Below are positions 27,779 through 42,880 of a stretch of 64,000 nt of DNA, one piece after another (the first letter of the stretch is position 1; each line of letters begins with the position of its first letter). Under the pieces are notes generated by a model that ran no database searches, was not told the origin of the DNA, and saw nothing but the letters and a program-made list of their open reading frames with translations. Both the position numbers and the translations under genes were made by a program. The DNA is from the human T2T-CHM13v2.0 reference genome, Homo sapiens: assembly GCF_009914755.1 (NCBI RefSeq), contig NC_060942.1. One strand, 5' to 3'.

Positions 27779-30213
27779 TAGGCATCCCTTGCTTTATTGT
27801 TCTTCACATGATTGTGCCTCCCAGATACAGCACATTTTACAAATTGGAGGTTTGTGGCAACGCTGCATTGAGCAAGTCTATCAGCACCATTTTCCCAAAA
27901 ACATGTGCTCCCTCTGTTCCTGTACGTCCCATTTTGCTAATGTTCTCAATATTTCAAATTTTTAAATTATTAGTATATCTGTTCTGGTGATCTGTAATCA
28001 GTGATCTTTGATGTTACTATTGTTAACTGTTTGGGGGCACTATGAACCACTTCCAAATAAGATGGCACACTTAATTGACAAATGTGTGTGTTCCGACTGC
28101 TTCATTCATCGGTCATTCCTCCCATCTCTCTTCCTTTCCTAAAACCTCTCTTTCCCCTCAGACACAACAATATTGCAATTAGGCCCATTCATAACCACAC
28201 TGTGACCACCAAGTATTCGAGTGAAAAGGAGAATCATGTCTCTCACTTTAAATCAAATTTAGAAATGATGAAGCTTAGTGAGGAAGGCAGGTCAAAAGCC
28301 ATGGTAGGCTGAAAGCTGGGCCTCTTGTGCCAAACAGTTAGCTAAGATGTGAATGCAAAAGTAAAGTTATTGAAGGAAATTAAAATGCTACTCCAGTGAA
28401 AGCATGAATGAAAAGAAAGTGAAAGAGCCTTATTGCTGATATGGAGCAAGTTTGAGCAGTCTGGATAACAGATGAAACCAGCAACAGCATTCCCTTAAAC
28501 CAAAGTCTAATTCAGTGCAAGGCCCTAGCTCTCTTCAATTCTATCAAGGGTAAGAGAGGTGAGAAGACTGCAGAAGAAAAGTTTGAAGCAATTGCAGGTT
28601 GGTTAATGAGGTTTAAATACAGAAGCCATCTCTATAACATAAAGGTTCAAGGTAAAGCAGCAAGTGCTGATGGAGAAACTGCAGCAAGTCATCCAGAAGA
28701 TCAAGCTAAGATCAATGTTGAAGGTGGCTGCACTAAACAACAGATTTTCAATGTAGAAGAAACAGCCTTATATTTGAAAAAGCTGCTGTCTAGGACTTTC
28801 ATAGCTGAGGGAAAAAGTCAATTCTTGTCTTCAAAGCTTCGAAGACAGGCCTACTGACTTGTTAGGGATTGAAGCAGCTGGTGACTTTTACTTGAAGCCA
28901 ATGCTCATTTGCCATGGATAAAATCCTAGGATCTTTAAGAATTATGTCAAATCTACTCTGCCTATATCCTATAAATGGAATAACAGAGCCTTGATGAAAG
29001 CACATCTGATTATGAAATGATTTACTGAATATTTTAAGACCACTGATGAGCTCTACTGCCCAGAAAAAAAAAAAAAAGATTCCTCTCAAAATATTACTGC
29101 TTATTGACAATGCATCTGGCCACCCAAGAGCTCTGATAGAGATGTGTAAGGAGATTAATGCTGTTTTCATCCCTGCTAACACAACATGAATTCTGCAGAC
29201 TGTGGATCAAGGAGTCATTTCGACTCTCAAGTCTTAATATTTTAAGAAATACATTTTGTAAGGTGATAACACAATAGGTAGTGATTAGTTTGGTGGATCT
29301 GGCCAAAGTAACTTGAAGCCCTTCTGGAAGAAATTCACCATTCTACATGCCATTAGGAAGATTTGTGATTCATGGGAGGATGTCAGAATATTGACATTAA
29401 CAGGAGTTTCGAAAAAGTTGATTCCAACCCCTACAGTTGAGTTTGAGTTTCTTCAAGACTTCAGTGGAGAAAGTAGCTGCAGATGTGGTAGAAATAGCAA
29501 GAGAATTAGTATTAGAAGTCAAACCTGAAGATATGACTGAATTGCTGCAACTTCACTATAAAATTTTAACAGATGAGGAGTTGCTTTTATGGATAAGCAA
29601 ATAAAATGCTTCTTTGAGATGAAACCTACTCTTGGTGAAGATGCTGTGAACATTGTTGAGATGACAACAAAAGATTTAGAATGTCACATAAACTTAGTTG
29701 ATAAAACAGTGTCAGAGTTTGAAAAGATTGACCCAAATTTTGAATGAAATTCTACTATGGGTAAAATGCTCTCCAACAATACCATATGCTACCAAGAAAT
29801 CATTTATGAAAGGAAGAGTGAATTGATGTAGCAAAATTCATTGTTGTCAATTTTATAAAATTATTGTTAATTCTAATAAATTGCCACAGCAACCTCAACC
29901 TATAGCAAATATCACCCTGAAAAATCAGCAGCCATCAGCATCCAGGAAAGACCTTCCAGTAGCAAACTATATTAATACTTGATGGAGGTTCAGATGATCA
30001 TTAGCACTTATTAGCAATAAATTATTTTTAAGTTAAGGCATGCACTTTTTTTAGACATAATGCTATGGCATACTTAATAGACTCTAGAGTACAGTGTAAA
30101 CATAATTTTATATGTACTGGGAAATCAAAAAGTTGTGTGACCCGCTTTATTGTGATATTTTCTTTATTGTGGTGGTCTTGAACTGAACCCTCAATATCTC
30201 CAAGGTATGCCTG
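27779..30213 (+). mobile_element. Tigger1 (TcMar-Tigger/pogo) DNA transposon, essentially full length, transposase inactivated
   Basis: Terminal inverted repeats taggcatccct... and ...aggtatgcctg flanked by TA; ~2.43 kb. Transposase remnants [46 protein letters not shown] and [11 protein letters not shown]. Confidence 0.95.
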
Positions 30214-30915
30214 TAGTAATATTTCCTTGTGGTTGAATTTGCACTTCGTTGAAGACATACAAAGTTGAGCATACATTCATATATTTTTCTGATTTTGTTC
30301 TAGTTTGAAGTGCTATATTTCCTCGATAATTTTTAAAGTAAATTATACCATTTGTAACTGATTTATAGAAGTTCTTCATATTTTATGGATATAAGCCCAG
30401 TATCAGGTATATAATTTTCTTTTTTCATTTGTTAATATCACTTTTTTGATGAATGAATGTTATTAATATCAAAATAGTCCAATTTATTATTCTTTTTATT
30501 ATTGCTGAACTATTTCAGGCCCTATTTTTGAATTATTTCTGTGCTCTAGGTTCATGAAGATATTGTACTATTTTACCTTTCAGTTTTATAATGATACCTT
30601 ACACTCTTAAATCATCTTAAAATGCACCTATAATTGATGTTTATGCATGTCTTAAAATAGGGATACATTTTTTAAAATTTTCCATTTGGAAGTGTAACTT
30701 GACCATCACTTCCCCTTTCTTACAGAACTAAGTCTGAATAAAACGCTTTGCTCCTCTGCCTTCTGCTGTGAGGGAGCATCTCAGATAGGAGCTGCTTTTC
30801 AGCATAGCCCAAAAGCTCCACAGTTCTGTCCTAAGGACGATTTAAAACAATTGACAGCGGCCAACTCACAGTTGTCAACATGTTACAGCCACAAATAACA
30901 TGGTATAAAAGCCAT

Positions 30916-31389
30916 TGTATTAGGGTTCTCCAGAAAAACAAAACCAATTGTGTGTGTGTGTGTGTGTATGTTATTTATTGTAAGGAATTAGCTCACGCAT
31001 CTTGTAGTCAGGGAAACTGAGAAGTCTCACAATCAGCTACCTGAAAGCTGGAGACCAAGGAATGCTGATGGTTTAGTTCTAATAAGTGAAGGGCATATAA
31101 TGCAAGTCACAGTCAAGGACAGGGAAGACTGATATTCTGGTTTAAGCAGCCAAGTAGGGAGAGCAAATTCTTTCATCTTTTGCTCTTTTGTTCTATTTAG
31201 GCTTGCAGTGGATTGAAGGATGCCCACTCAGATTGGGGAGGACAATCTATTTTGTGAATTCCATAGATTCAAATGGTAATCTCATCAGCAAATACCCTCA
31301 CAGACACACCCAGAAATAGTGTGTAGTCACCCATGTTTAATGTTTAATGTGGGTCCCAGCCAAGCTGACATATAAAATTGACCATCAGA
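30916..31389 (-). mobile_element. MLT2 (ERVL) solo LTR, apparently inside an older MLT1 remnant (~30770-31445)
   Basis: tgtattagggttctccagaaaaacaaaaccaa...ctcacagacacacccagaaata...aagctgacatataaaattgaccatca; 5-bp TSD gccat/tccat. Confidence 0.88.
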
Positions 31390-31734
31390 TCCATTAAAGA
31401 CTTTAGGTTGTTAAGCGGAATGCCTTAGTAAAGACTGCCTAATATTTAATTTGGGGTCTGTAGGTGTGGTACTGTTGAGACAAAAATGTAGGTCCTTGAC
31501 TTCATGGCTGGCTGTCCAGCACCATGGAAGCTGGAAATATGGTAAAATACATTTGCAGTAGTGAAGCATTTGATGAAAGTCATTCCAATAGTCTTGTCGG
31601 AAAAAATTGTACAAAAAGTTTTGTATTTTTAAAAAAGTGATTATTAATATTGCTTGATTTGTAACGATTTCAGGTCTATGCACTTTCTTGTAAGGCAGTT
31701 TTACTTGCATCCTATATTTAATATATAAATATAT

Positions 31735-32165
31735 AGTTAAAAGAAAAACTTCATCTGAATTAAATTTAAAGGATTTTAATTGAACAATGAAAGATTTACA
31801 AATAGGGCAGCCCCCAGAATCACAGAAGATTCAGACACTCCACCACAGTCACGTGGTGGAAGAAGATTTATAGACAAAGGAAAGGGAAGTGATGTACAGA
31901 AATGGAAAGTGAGGTACAGAAACAACTGTATTGGGTATAGCTCGGCGTTTGCCTTACTTGAACACAGTTTGAACAGTCAGCAGTGTATGAGTGGTTGAAG
32001 TACGGCTGCTGAGATTGGCCAAGACTCATCTATTGTTACAGGCACATGCTCCTAAGTTAGGTTTTCAGTCTTGTCTACCTATTAGGTTAGGTTGCAGTTC
32101 ATCCACAAGGACTCAAATATGGAAGTACAGAGTCCTTCTCAGGCCATATTTCATTCACTTGAACA
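31735..32165 (-). mobile_element. MER57A-like ERV1 solo LTR
   Basis: gttaaaagaaaaacttca...gggcagcccccagaatcacag...agtccttctcaggccatattt...aaca; 4-bp TSD atat. Confidence 0.9.
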
Positions 32166-32172
32166 ATATATA

Positions 32173-33883
<1,711 letters not shown>

Positions 33884-34147
33884 TATCTTATTCTCACTGG
33901 TATTCTTTTTCATTCAGCTTCTAATTTCTGTTCTTAGTCCTCTGTGGTCCAAGTGAAAATAACAGAGTGAAGAAATTCTTTCTTTTAGTGGGGAAGTGGT
34001 AAACATTTTTACTATTTGCAGTATTATTAGTTGGTAAAAAGTACAATGTCAACTATATGTTTTCTTCTATTTGGAATTTATTGAAATTTTAGTTGATGAC
34101 AAATAAATGCTCAATTAATAAATGAACTCTTAAAAACTCCATGTTCT

Positions 34148-34348
34148 TGAACATAGAGGGGAACAACACACACCGGGGCCTTTTGGAGGGTAGGGGATGA
34201 GAGGAGGGACAGGATCACGAAAAATAACTAATGAGTACTAGGCTTAATACCTGAGTGACAACATAATCTGTACAACAAACTCCCAAGACACAATATACCT
34301 ATGTAATAAACTTGTACCCTTGAACTTAAAAGTTTTTTAAAAAACCAC
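34148..34348 (+). mobile_element. ~200-bp L1PA13-16-like 3' stub
   Basis: gaggggaacaacacacaccggggcc...aaataactaatgagtactaggcttaatacctg; perfect 15-bp TSD aaaactccatgttct (34133-34147 and 34349-34363). Confidence 0.9.
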
Positions 34349-34354
34349 AAAACT

Positions 34355-34490
34355 CCATGTTCTAATCTCAGCACTTTGTGAGTCCAAGACAAGAGCATTG
34401 CTTGTATGCAGGAGTTCAAGGTGGCAGTGAGCTATGTACAGGGTCATTGCATTCCAGCCTCTCAAAAAACAAACAAACAAATAAACAAAC
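34355..34490 (+). mobile_element. FLAM/FAM-like Alu monomer
   Basis: taatctcagcactttg...caggagttcaag...gcagtgagctatg...attgcattccagcct plus (CAAA)n tail. Confidence 0.75.
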
Positions 34491-35679
34491 CTATTACATG
34501 TTCTTTCTTATATTTATAAGATACAAATAATATGAATAATATACAAATATAGTAACCTATTAACTATGTTCTTAAAATAATGTATTTCTTCAATTGTCTA
34601 TTTGTCTACTTAATCGGTTGGTATTTGAAAGTTATATAGAAGTTTTCAAATGTTATTATAGCTCATTACCTTTGCCTGTATATCTAATGTTTTTTGGTGT
34701 ATATATTTTGATCCTGGTTTTAAGTACATATAAGATGATGGCCTTATATATTCTTGGAAACCACCGTTTTCAACAAAATTCCTCTTTTATATGTTTAACA
34801 TTTTGGATTAAATTCTGGATGAATATTTTCAGGCCAACTTAACCTATCACAGAAGTTGTTTAGTACCTCTTTGTCCCCTGCTTATTTTTCATCTTTATGT
34901 CTAGTTATAGTTCGTGTTGGCCTCCCAGTTTTAGCTTATAACTGCTTCTGTGTTATTGTTATTTAATCTAAATTTTATACTATTTATTTTTAATAAGGAA
35001 ATAGTCTTCATCCACATTTGTTGTACATATTATCATTTTATAAAAGTTTTTAGTAGTATGCTTTTTAAAATTTTTGTATTTTTTCAATTTTTGGGGAATT
35101 GTGATTTTTTTTATATTTATCTTGAATAATACATTTAACAAATGCTTTTTACTGACTTTTTAAAAAGATTTATTGAGAATAACTAAACTAGTTTTCTCTC
35201 AACTTTAAGAGTCAAGTGTAATTTTATTTATATATGTCCATACACACACATTTAAAACTGCAGATGAATTTAGAGCATGTGTATGTGTTTGTGGTATTTT
35301 TGTATTTATTGCCTATCTAAGAGCAGAAAATGACAGTGAAATGTCATGGGATTGGGAAATAGAAATTGAGATTGATTACATTTGCTGATTATTAATACAG
35401 TTGATAGGACTATCCATATAATGTTTCTTTAATGAGAAAGGAGAGACCACCACCAATTTATGCAACTTTGGGTACCAATAACAATTTATTCTAATAACTA
35501 TGTGTAAGAAATGCATGGCCAATATCAATGGTTCACAAAATATAGAAAATTATCTATATGTAGATTTTGTTTATCATGTAAAATGTTGATTCATTTTACC
35601 TTCCAAATAAATTCTTGTTAAACATTCTGAATTTAAAAATATATTTTCTATTTTATTTTTAAAGAGTATACATCATCTA

Positions 35680-35991
<312 letters not shown>

Positions 35992-37602
35992 TTAATACTA
36001 ATTGTATTTAAACCTCTTAAGTGTAATTAGCAGGAGATTATAACTTTAATAAATAAAATCACATTAACATTTAGATAAGACAAAAAATGATTTTACAAAG
36101 TATAAATATGTATCAATCTAAATAAAATAATGTATATTATTATTATTAGAGAATATAGTGTTGTAAATGTATTATGCAAAGTGCATGCTTCATAACACAG
36201 TCAAATTATGAACATTCTAAACACATTTAAGAATATTTAAAAAAGTAACCTTGAAGAAAACACAGTACAGTAAGCTTTCTTAAAAATATAGTTGTTAATA
36301 ATATCTGTTATTTTCTCCAGGCTATTTTTTAATGTTTTAAAAGGTCAATTTATCAGAGTACCCATAAAATTTCATGGAATTTGGTGTTTCAGATTTGATA
36401 GTATTTTTTTTTTCTTACTGAGCATGGCTGTATAAAATCTAAATTGACCTAAGGTATTTTGTCTCTGAATGAAGTTATTTATTGCAAGTACTTTTCTCTT
36501 ATTTTGACATCTCTCTGCCTAACAGAAAAATCCACTCTACAGAAGTAATGGAAATAAACATTGCTTCCAGAAAAATAATTATAAGCCGTGGCTGAAATAT
36601 AAACACCACATTTGAGCTGAAAAAAGATACAAATCTAAAGTTGACCTTTAAAATAAGGTTCAAATTATTTTAATATAACTAAAACACAAAAAAATAGTCA
36701 TTTTATCACTAATTTTAAGTACAATTTTAATTTGTTAACATTTTTAATGCACCAAAGGAGATAGTTTATTTAATGAAAGGAGATAGTAGATACAGAGATA
36801 GAAGATAGAGATCTTGGAAGGTTATAAGGTCTGCAATTATTTAGTTTTCTTAAAAACTGTAATGTCATATCTCTAAAGGAAAAGAATAGCTCAGTACTCT
36901 CTGTTTACTTAGAACAGGCATTTCATCAAATAAAAGTGTCACTATCATTTATCCCCAATTCTTTTGAAGTTGAAGAAATTATGTATTTATTTCCAGTGAA
37001 AATATTAGTAATAGACAAAGCAAAATTTTAAGTGTAATGATCATATTATACATTTGTATTACTTACATAAAGTAACATAATTAATTAAACCAAAAAGTGT
37101 TTAGAAATTATGATAGCTGTGGATTCAGATCATATCCCCTCAGAAAATGCCAAAATATAACTTTTCATTAACGTCACATTTGGATTTATATAACTGTTTT
37201 CACATTGGAAGTTATGTCACTTTCTTGAAAACGATGAAAAAGATGTCTGCATATTTCTGTATCCTCTTCATGAGCAGCTTTGTCCTTTGTGCTGAGTACT
37301 GCATGACAACAATCTCCCTTTTAAGCAGGTCATTTGCCCCAATTTTGTGGCTTAGAGCAAGAGTCTCGTTATTATATTACTTAAGTGTGGTTTATTTCCT
37401 GTCATATCGTCTTTGCTTCCCCTTGAAATCAGAGCTGCGGAAACTGTGGGCTGAACCTTGGGGACACAGGGACAGCATTTGTGGCAAAGGAGCAACTTAT
37501 TAAAACAAACAAAAAAAAGATGTTCTTTTGTCCTTCAGGAAGATACACTTTGAAGTACTGCAAGGAATGTTAAAAACAAACAAACAAACAAACAAAAAAA
37601 CT

Positions 37603-37912
<310 letters not shown>

Positions 37913-39915
37913 TCAGGCGTGAGCTCCCCAATGCCCTCATGGTCCTAGGTGCCCATCACCTTGCCCAAAGGCCCTACAGAACTTCTCTGCAAATATTAAT
38001 CATAATGGGCTCTTTGTAAAATAGCTTACAACATTCCTTTATCCTTAACAACAAACTCTACAGGAAGCAGGCAGGGAGATATTACTATGCATGGTATGAC
38101 TATATACTAAGAGATGAAAGAAATGAATATAAACTCAGTCTACAGCTAATGATGACTCAGCACTCTCTTATAAGGGCTAGAAATACATTTATCATGGTCA
38201 TTGAATGGCATCTGAAAAACAGGCATAGGTAATGATTTGAAAAAAGTGTTTTCTCCACGTTACACAACCGTAACATTTCTTCATATCCTTACCCTTTCTT
38301 TCATTCCTCAACTTCTGTTATATTAACTATCAATACATTCTTTAATCATTGACTTCCTTCTCCACTCATCCCCTAATTCTGTTTCACTCATCTCTCTCAC
38401 CCTGTGGACGCTTCTGATTATCAAGACACTAAAGGTTTTTCCTGAATTGTCTGGTTTTGTTTGTTTGTTTTCTTGTTGCAGGAGCAATTGACAACAATGT
38501 ACCCACACTTGCTTGAAACTCTGGCTTTCTCCTGCTGGTCTCTTCCACAATGCTCTAGTTGAGATTCCTTCCTAACAGACCCCTTCCAAGATTCTTTCGT
38601 TGGGTTAATTTCCTCTTGCCAATTCCTAATAATAAAACTACTTTAAAGATTGGTACTTAGCTATATATGTATATTTCTCAATTCATTATTCACTCTCCCA
38701 AAGAATATACAAACTATGATTTCAATTTTTTCAGTTCCTTTTGAATGAATATCCAAAATGCTTCTCTAATGCTTACTTCTGTTATGATTTTTAGCTGTGT
38801 CTCAGAAGTGTCTTTATTTATTTATTTTTTGTTTGTTTGTTTGTTTTTTTGACTTTGTTAGTGACTTAGGGAGGAAATGTGGTAGAAAAAAGATGTTACA
38901 CTCACCTGTGGAACTTTTCAAATCAAATTTGAAATCTAGAAAACTGAGTTGTAGGCACTTTTTTGAGATTCATCATGAACTTCTCACCTCAGGTTTTCTC
39001 AAATACTTAAAAGAAGTACAAACGGCTTTATTAGAAGAACAGAAAGGATTTAAGGGTTCCTGTAGTGACTTCCATTAGCTGCATTTAAACACCACTTGCT
39101 AAAAGTTCTATTTCTCTATTGTGAACAGTATTAAACATGAGACTATTCCATCATACTTTCTCTTTTTCTCTAAAAATATAAGTTTTCTGTATACCTTCAG
39201 AATATGATCCGTGTTTCTAATAGTATAACCCTTCTAAATCATTCACACGTTTCCATGAATATCTCCTGTTGTTACCTAACCATTTATGTTACTGAATGAA
39301 GACTTTCCATTACAACAGGCATTTGACTTCACTATCATTAAAGAATTTTTCCTCACATATCGGAACCTATGGAATGATGCCTACACGTAAAATAGTTCTT
39401 TTTTTTTGGCTTTTGTTTTTAAATTTTGCTTTTAAGTCTGATTACAATTAGATATCTTGTAGCATATACCCTAGGTAATAGCTGTCACTTTTACCTTTTT
39501 TTATGTTGCAGTGATTTCTCATTCTTGGTTTTGTAATTACATGGCTTAAAATCCCCCAGCACCAGGGTTCCAGAAAGCTGATTACTCTTACTTGAGAAAG
39601 TGAAATCATTTTCCGTCTCCTTGGGTGAATACAAATCAAATGATGCTCTGGTTTTAAAGCTCTCTTGGCTTTTTTTTTCTCTCTCTCCCTTTTAAACTGC
39701 TTGCCTTGTCTCTCTCTTGTTACAGGTCACCTTCTGCAATCAGATGTTTCATTTTCCAGAAATATGTTCCCTATTACTCAAATACTGACTCACTTTCACC
39801 TTGTTAGCCTTTAAGTCTAAATTCTTTAATATCAAGTATTTTTCTAAATAACATTGTCATTTTTTACAGTAGCTTTCATACCTGAATATATACCACAATC
39901 ACCCAGAAATCTTTA

Positions 39916-39927
39916 AGATATAGATAA

Positions 39928-39973
<46 letters not shown>

Positions 39974-39996
39974 TCCTGGAGATAAACTGATAGATG

Positions 39997-40039
<43 letters not shown>

Positions 40040-40065
40040 TCCTGGAGATAGATAGATAGATAGAT

Positions 40066-40108
<43 letters not shown>

Positions 40109-40123
40109 TCCTGGAGATAAACT

Positions 40124-40209
<86 letters not shown>

Positions 40210-40273
40210 TCCTGGAGATAAAGTGATAGATGGATGGATAGATAGATAGATAGATAGACAGATAGATTCCTGG

Positions 40274-40317
<44 letters not shown>

Positions 40318-40370
40318 GATAGATAGATAGATTCCTGGAGATAAACTGATAGATGGATAGATAGATAGAT

Positions 40371-40427
<57 letters not shown>

Positions 40428-40440
40428 CTTGATTCCTGGA
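39916..40440. repeat. Compound (GATA)n minisatellite with seven TTCCTGGA interruptions
   Basis: TTCCTGGA at 39973, 40039, 40108, 40209, 40267, 40332 and 40433. Confidence 0.97.
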
Positions 40441-41279
40441 CAATACTTTAGGATTGTATTGAGACCAAGCAATCTGTATCTTTAGAAACCTTGGCCAGTG
40501 ACATCAAATGAGAATCTGTCACAGTCCTAGGAGCTTGGATCTATAAATTAAAGCTAGAGAAGATAGTTGGTTTCCTATACATTATCAATTTGAAGTGTTG
40601 AAACAGACAAATAGTATACAAGATACAAAATTTGACAATAAATACAAGCAAAAACTATTATATTTACAACAATGCCTTTTCTCATTTCCCTAGCCTTGGA
40701 TTTTGCAACTACTGCTACACACAAAATTGACATCCCTCCACATTCAGCTCTCTCCCTAAGTGAGATCTATCTAGGTTTGACACAAGCAATATCTAAATAT
40801 CTCTGGGAATTTCTGCAGCTAACTCTTGCCCTTCACTTGTAGGGCTCCTCAGACACCGAGTCATCCTCTCTGTTGAATTGCTGCTAGATTCAGTATTCTA
40901 GTGCTGACATTGAGATTTTGTGTTGGTTTCACAAATTTAGTTCATTCTCCTAAAAACCTACACTCTAGTAATGGTGGCCTCACTTTTAGTTGCAGCCTTA
41001 TTTAAAAAGCATGTGTTCCAGGTGGAGAATTTCTGTTTCAACTTTGATCCACAATCTGTTTCTAGTCTAATATATACATAAGTCTTTAATACTACTTCAA
41101 AGTTTGAAACTTTTAGTTCCTTGTGCAATTTCCATCCTCAATCTTTATTTCTAATAATAACCTGCCTCTGCAACCAGTTGTTGTGTGTTTGTTTGTCTAT
41201 AAATGTTCTGTCTGCCTGGGCTTAGAAAGTGTTTTGAAACAAACGTCTTGTATTGGACCTTCACAATAAACACTGTCTA

Positions 41280-41625
<346 letters not shown>

Positions 41626-42596
41626 CTATGATGGTTTTTATTGACAACTGTGAATATATTAAGAAAACTTGAATGCAATATATATTACTTGTCTTGCACA
41701 TTGCATAGCCTTATGAAGAACATGTTTCTAAGAGCTCTAAATTAAGTAGTTCTTAATCTAGATTATGAGATCCCTTAGGGAATGCAAATTGAGTGATCAG
41801 ATTAATGGCAATATAGAGGGATCAGCTATAAACCAATCTCACATATAAAGACAGAAAAATATAATTCAAGGCAGTTTAGTAACAGGTGTAAATGTCAACA
41901 ACTTATTCCCTCATGAAATTATTAATACAACTGCTCTTGCTTGGTTACCATATACACATCCTCAGTTTTAATGGGTTAAGTTTGCAACAGATGCTCACTG
42001 TGATAATGTAGGGTTGAGGCTGTGAATAAACTTTTAAGGCATTGTATGACTGCACAACCAATGACTTCATTATCTTTATTGCCATGTATTTCTCATGCAT
42101 ATATTCACTTTTTATCTGGAATGTAAAAGAACATGGAATTTAAGCAATTACAGCTCTCATAAAGACATTTAAAATGCTTTTTTGGTAAAGTCACTAAAGC
42201 AAATTGGCTTGCTACTCAGCAACAAAGATTTAATACTTAATGAAATAACAGGTGGCAGGCAATCATTTCAAAGGAGAAGGACTTGACTAATAGCATAAAG
42301 ATAATTGATTGCATGGATCTGAGCCTTTGATACTGTCATGGAAAACACTAATCATCTAAGAATTTTTATAAAATATATTTTCTATTATGGTTCTATGTTG
42401 TGTTATAAAGCTGATAGAAATTGAACAAGTAAAGAGAACTCTTGTGGGAATATGATACCTTTAACTCCATGGCCCAAAGATACAGTAAAATATAGAATAA
42501 GGATATGGTAACATTAGCCAAACAATTTCTTATAGGAATATAAGTAGGCCTTTGAGTGGTAATGTCGCTATTCTCAAACAGCATCATATTTATACC

Positions 42597-42726
42597 TAGT
42601 AATGGTTTAAGGGAAGTGGTATGCCACTGATTATGCACAGCCTTTTCCAAATCTCCTTCATGTCAATATTTTGAAATGAGCCCTGTGTATGTATTCATAC
42701 CATGGAAATGGACCATGCTATAAAAT

Positions 42727-42775
<49 letters not shown>

Positions 42776-42880
42776 CTATCTATATCTATATCTATATCTA
42801 TATCTATATCTATATCTATATCTATATCTATATCTATATCTTAAAGACCACTTGCTAAACATTTACCATGACACTCTGTA
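42597..42880. mobile_element. MER63-like hAT element
   Basis: gtatttataccatggaaat-like core and cttgctaaacatttacca terminus. Confidence 0.5.
42730..42840. repeat. Compound (CA)n(TATATC)n microsatellite
   Basis: About 22 CA units followed by about 10 TATATC units. Confidence 0.95.

Noticed and set aside
28082-29528. Domesticated TIGD/CENP-B-like gene
   Set aside because: The transposase is fragmented and lies within intact Tigger1 termini; an ordinary fossil.
39916-40440. Regularly spaced short repeat resembling a CRISPR array
   Set aside because: The intervening sequence is GATA microsatellite rather than unique spacers, the repeat is only 8-12 bp, there are no cas genes and the DNA is primate.
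39876-40472. 198-aa and 176-aa ORFs of repeated LSIY
   Set aside because: Translation of the (TATC)n strand of the minisatellite, which lacks stop codons by composition.
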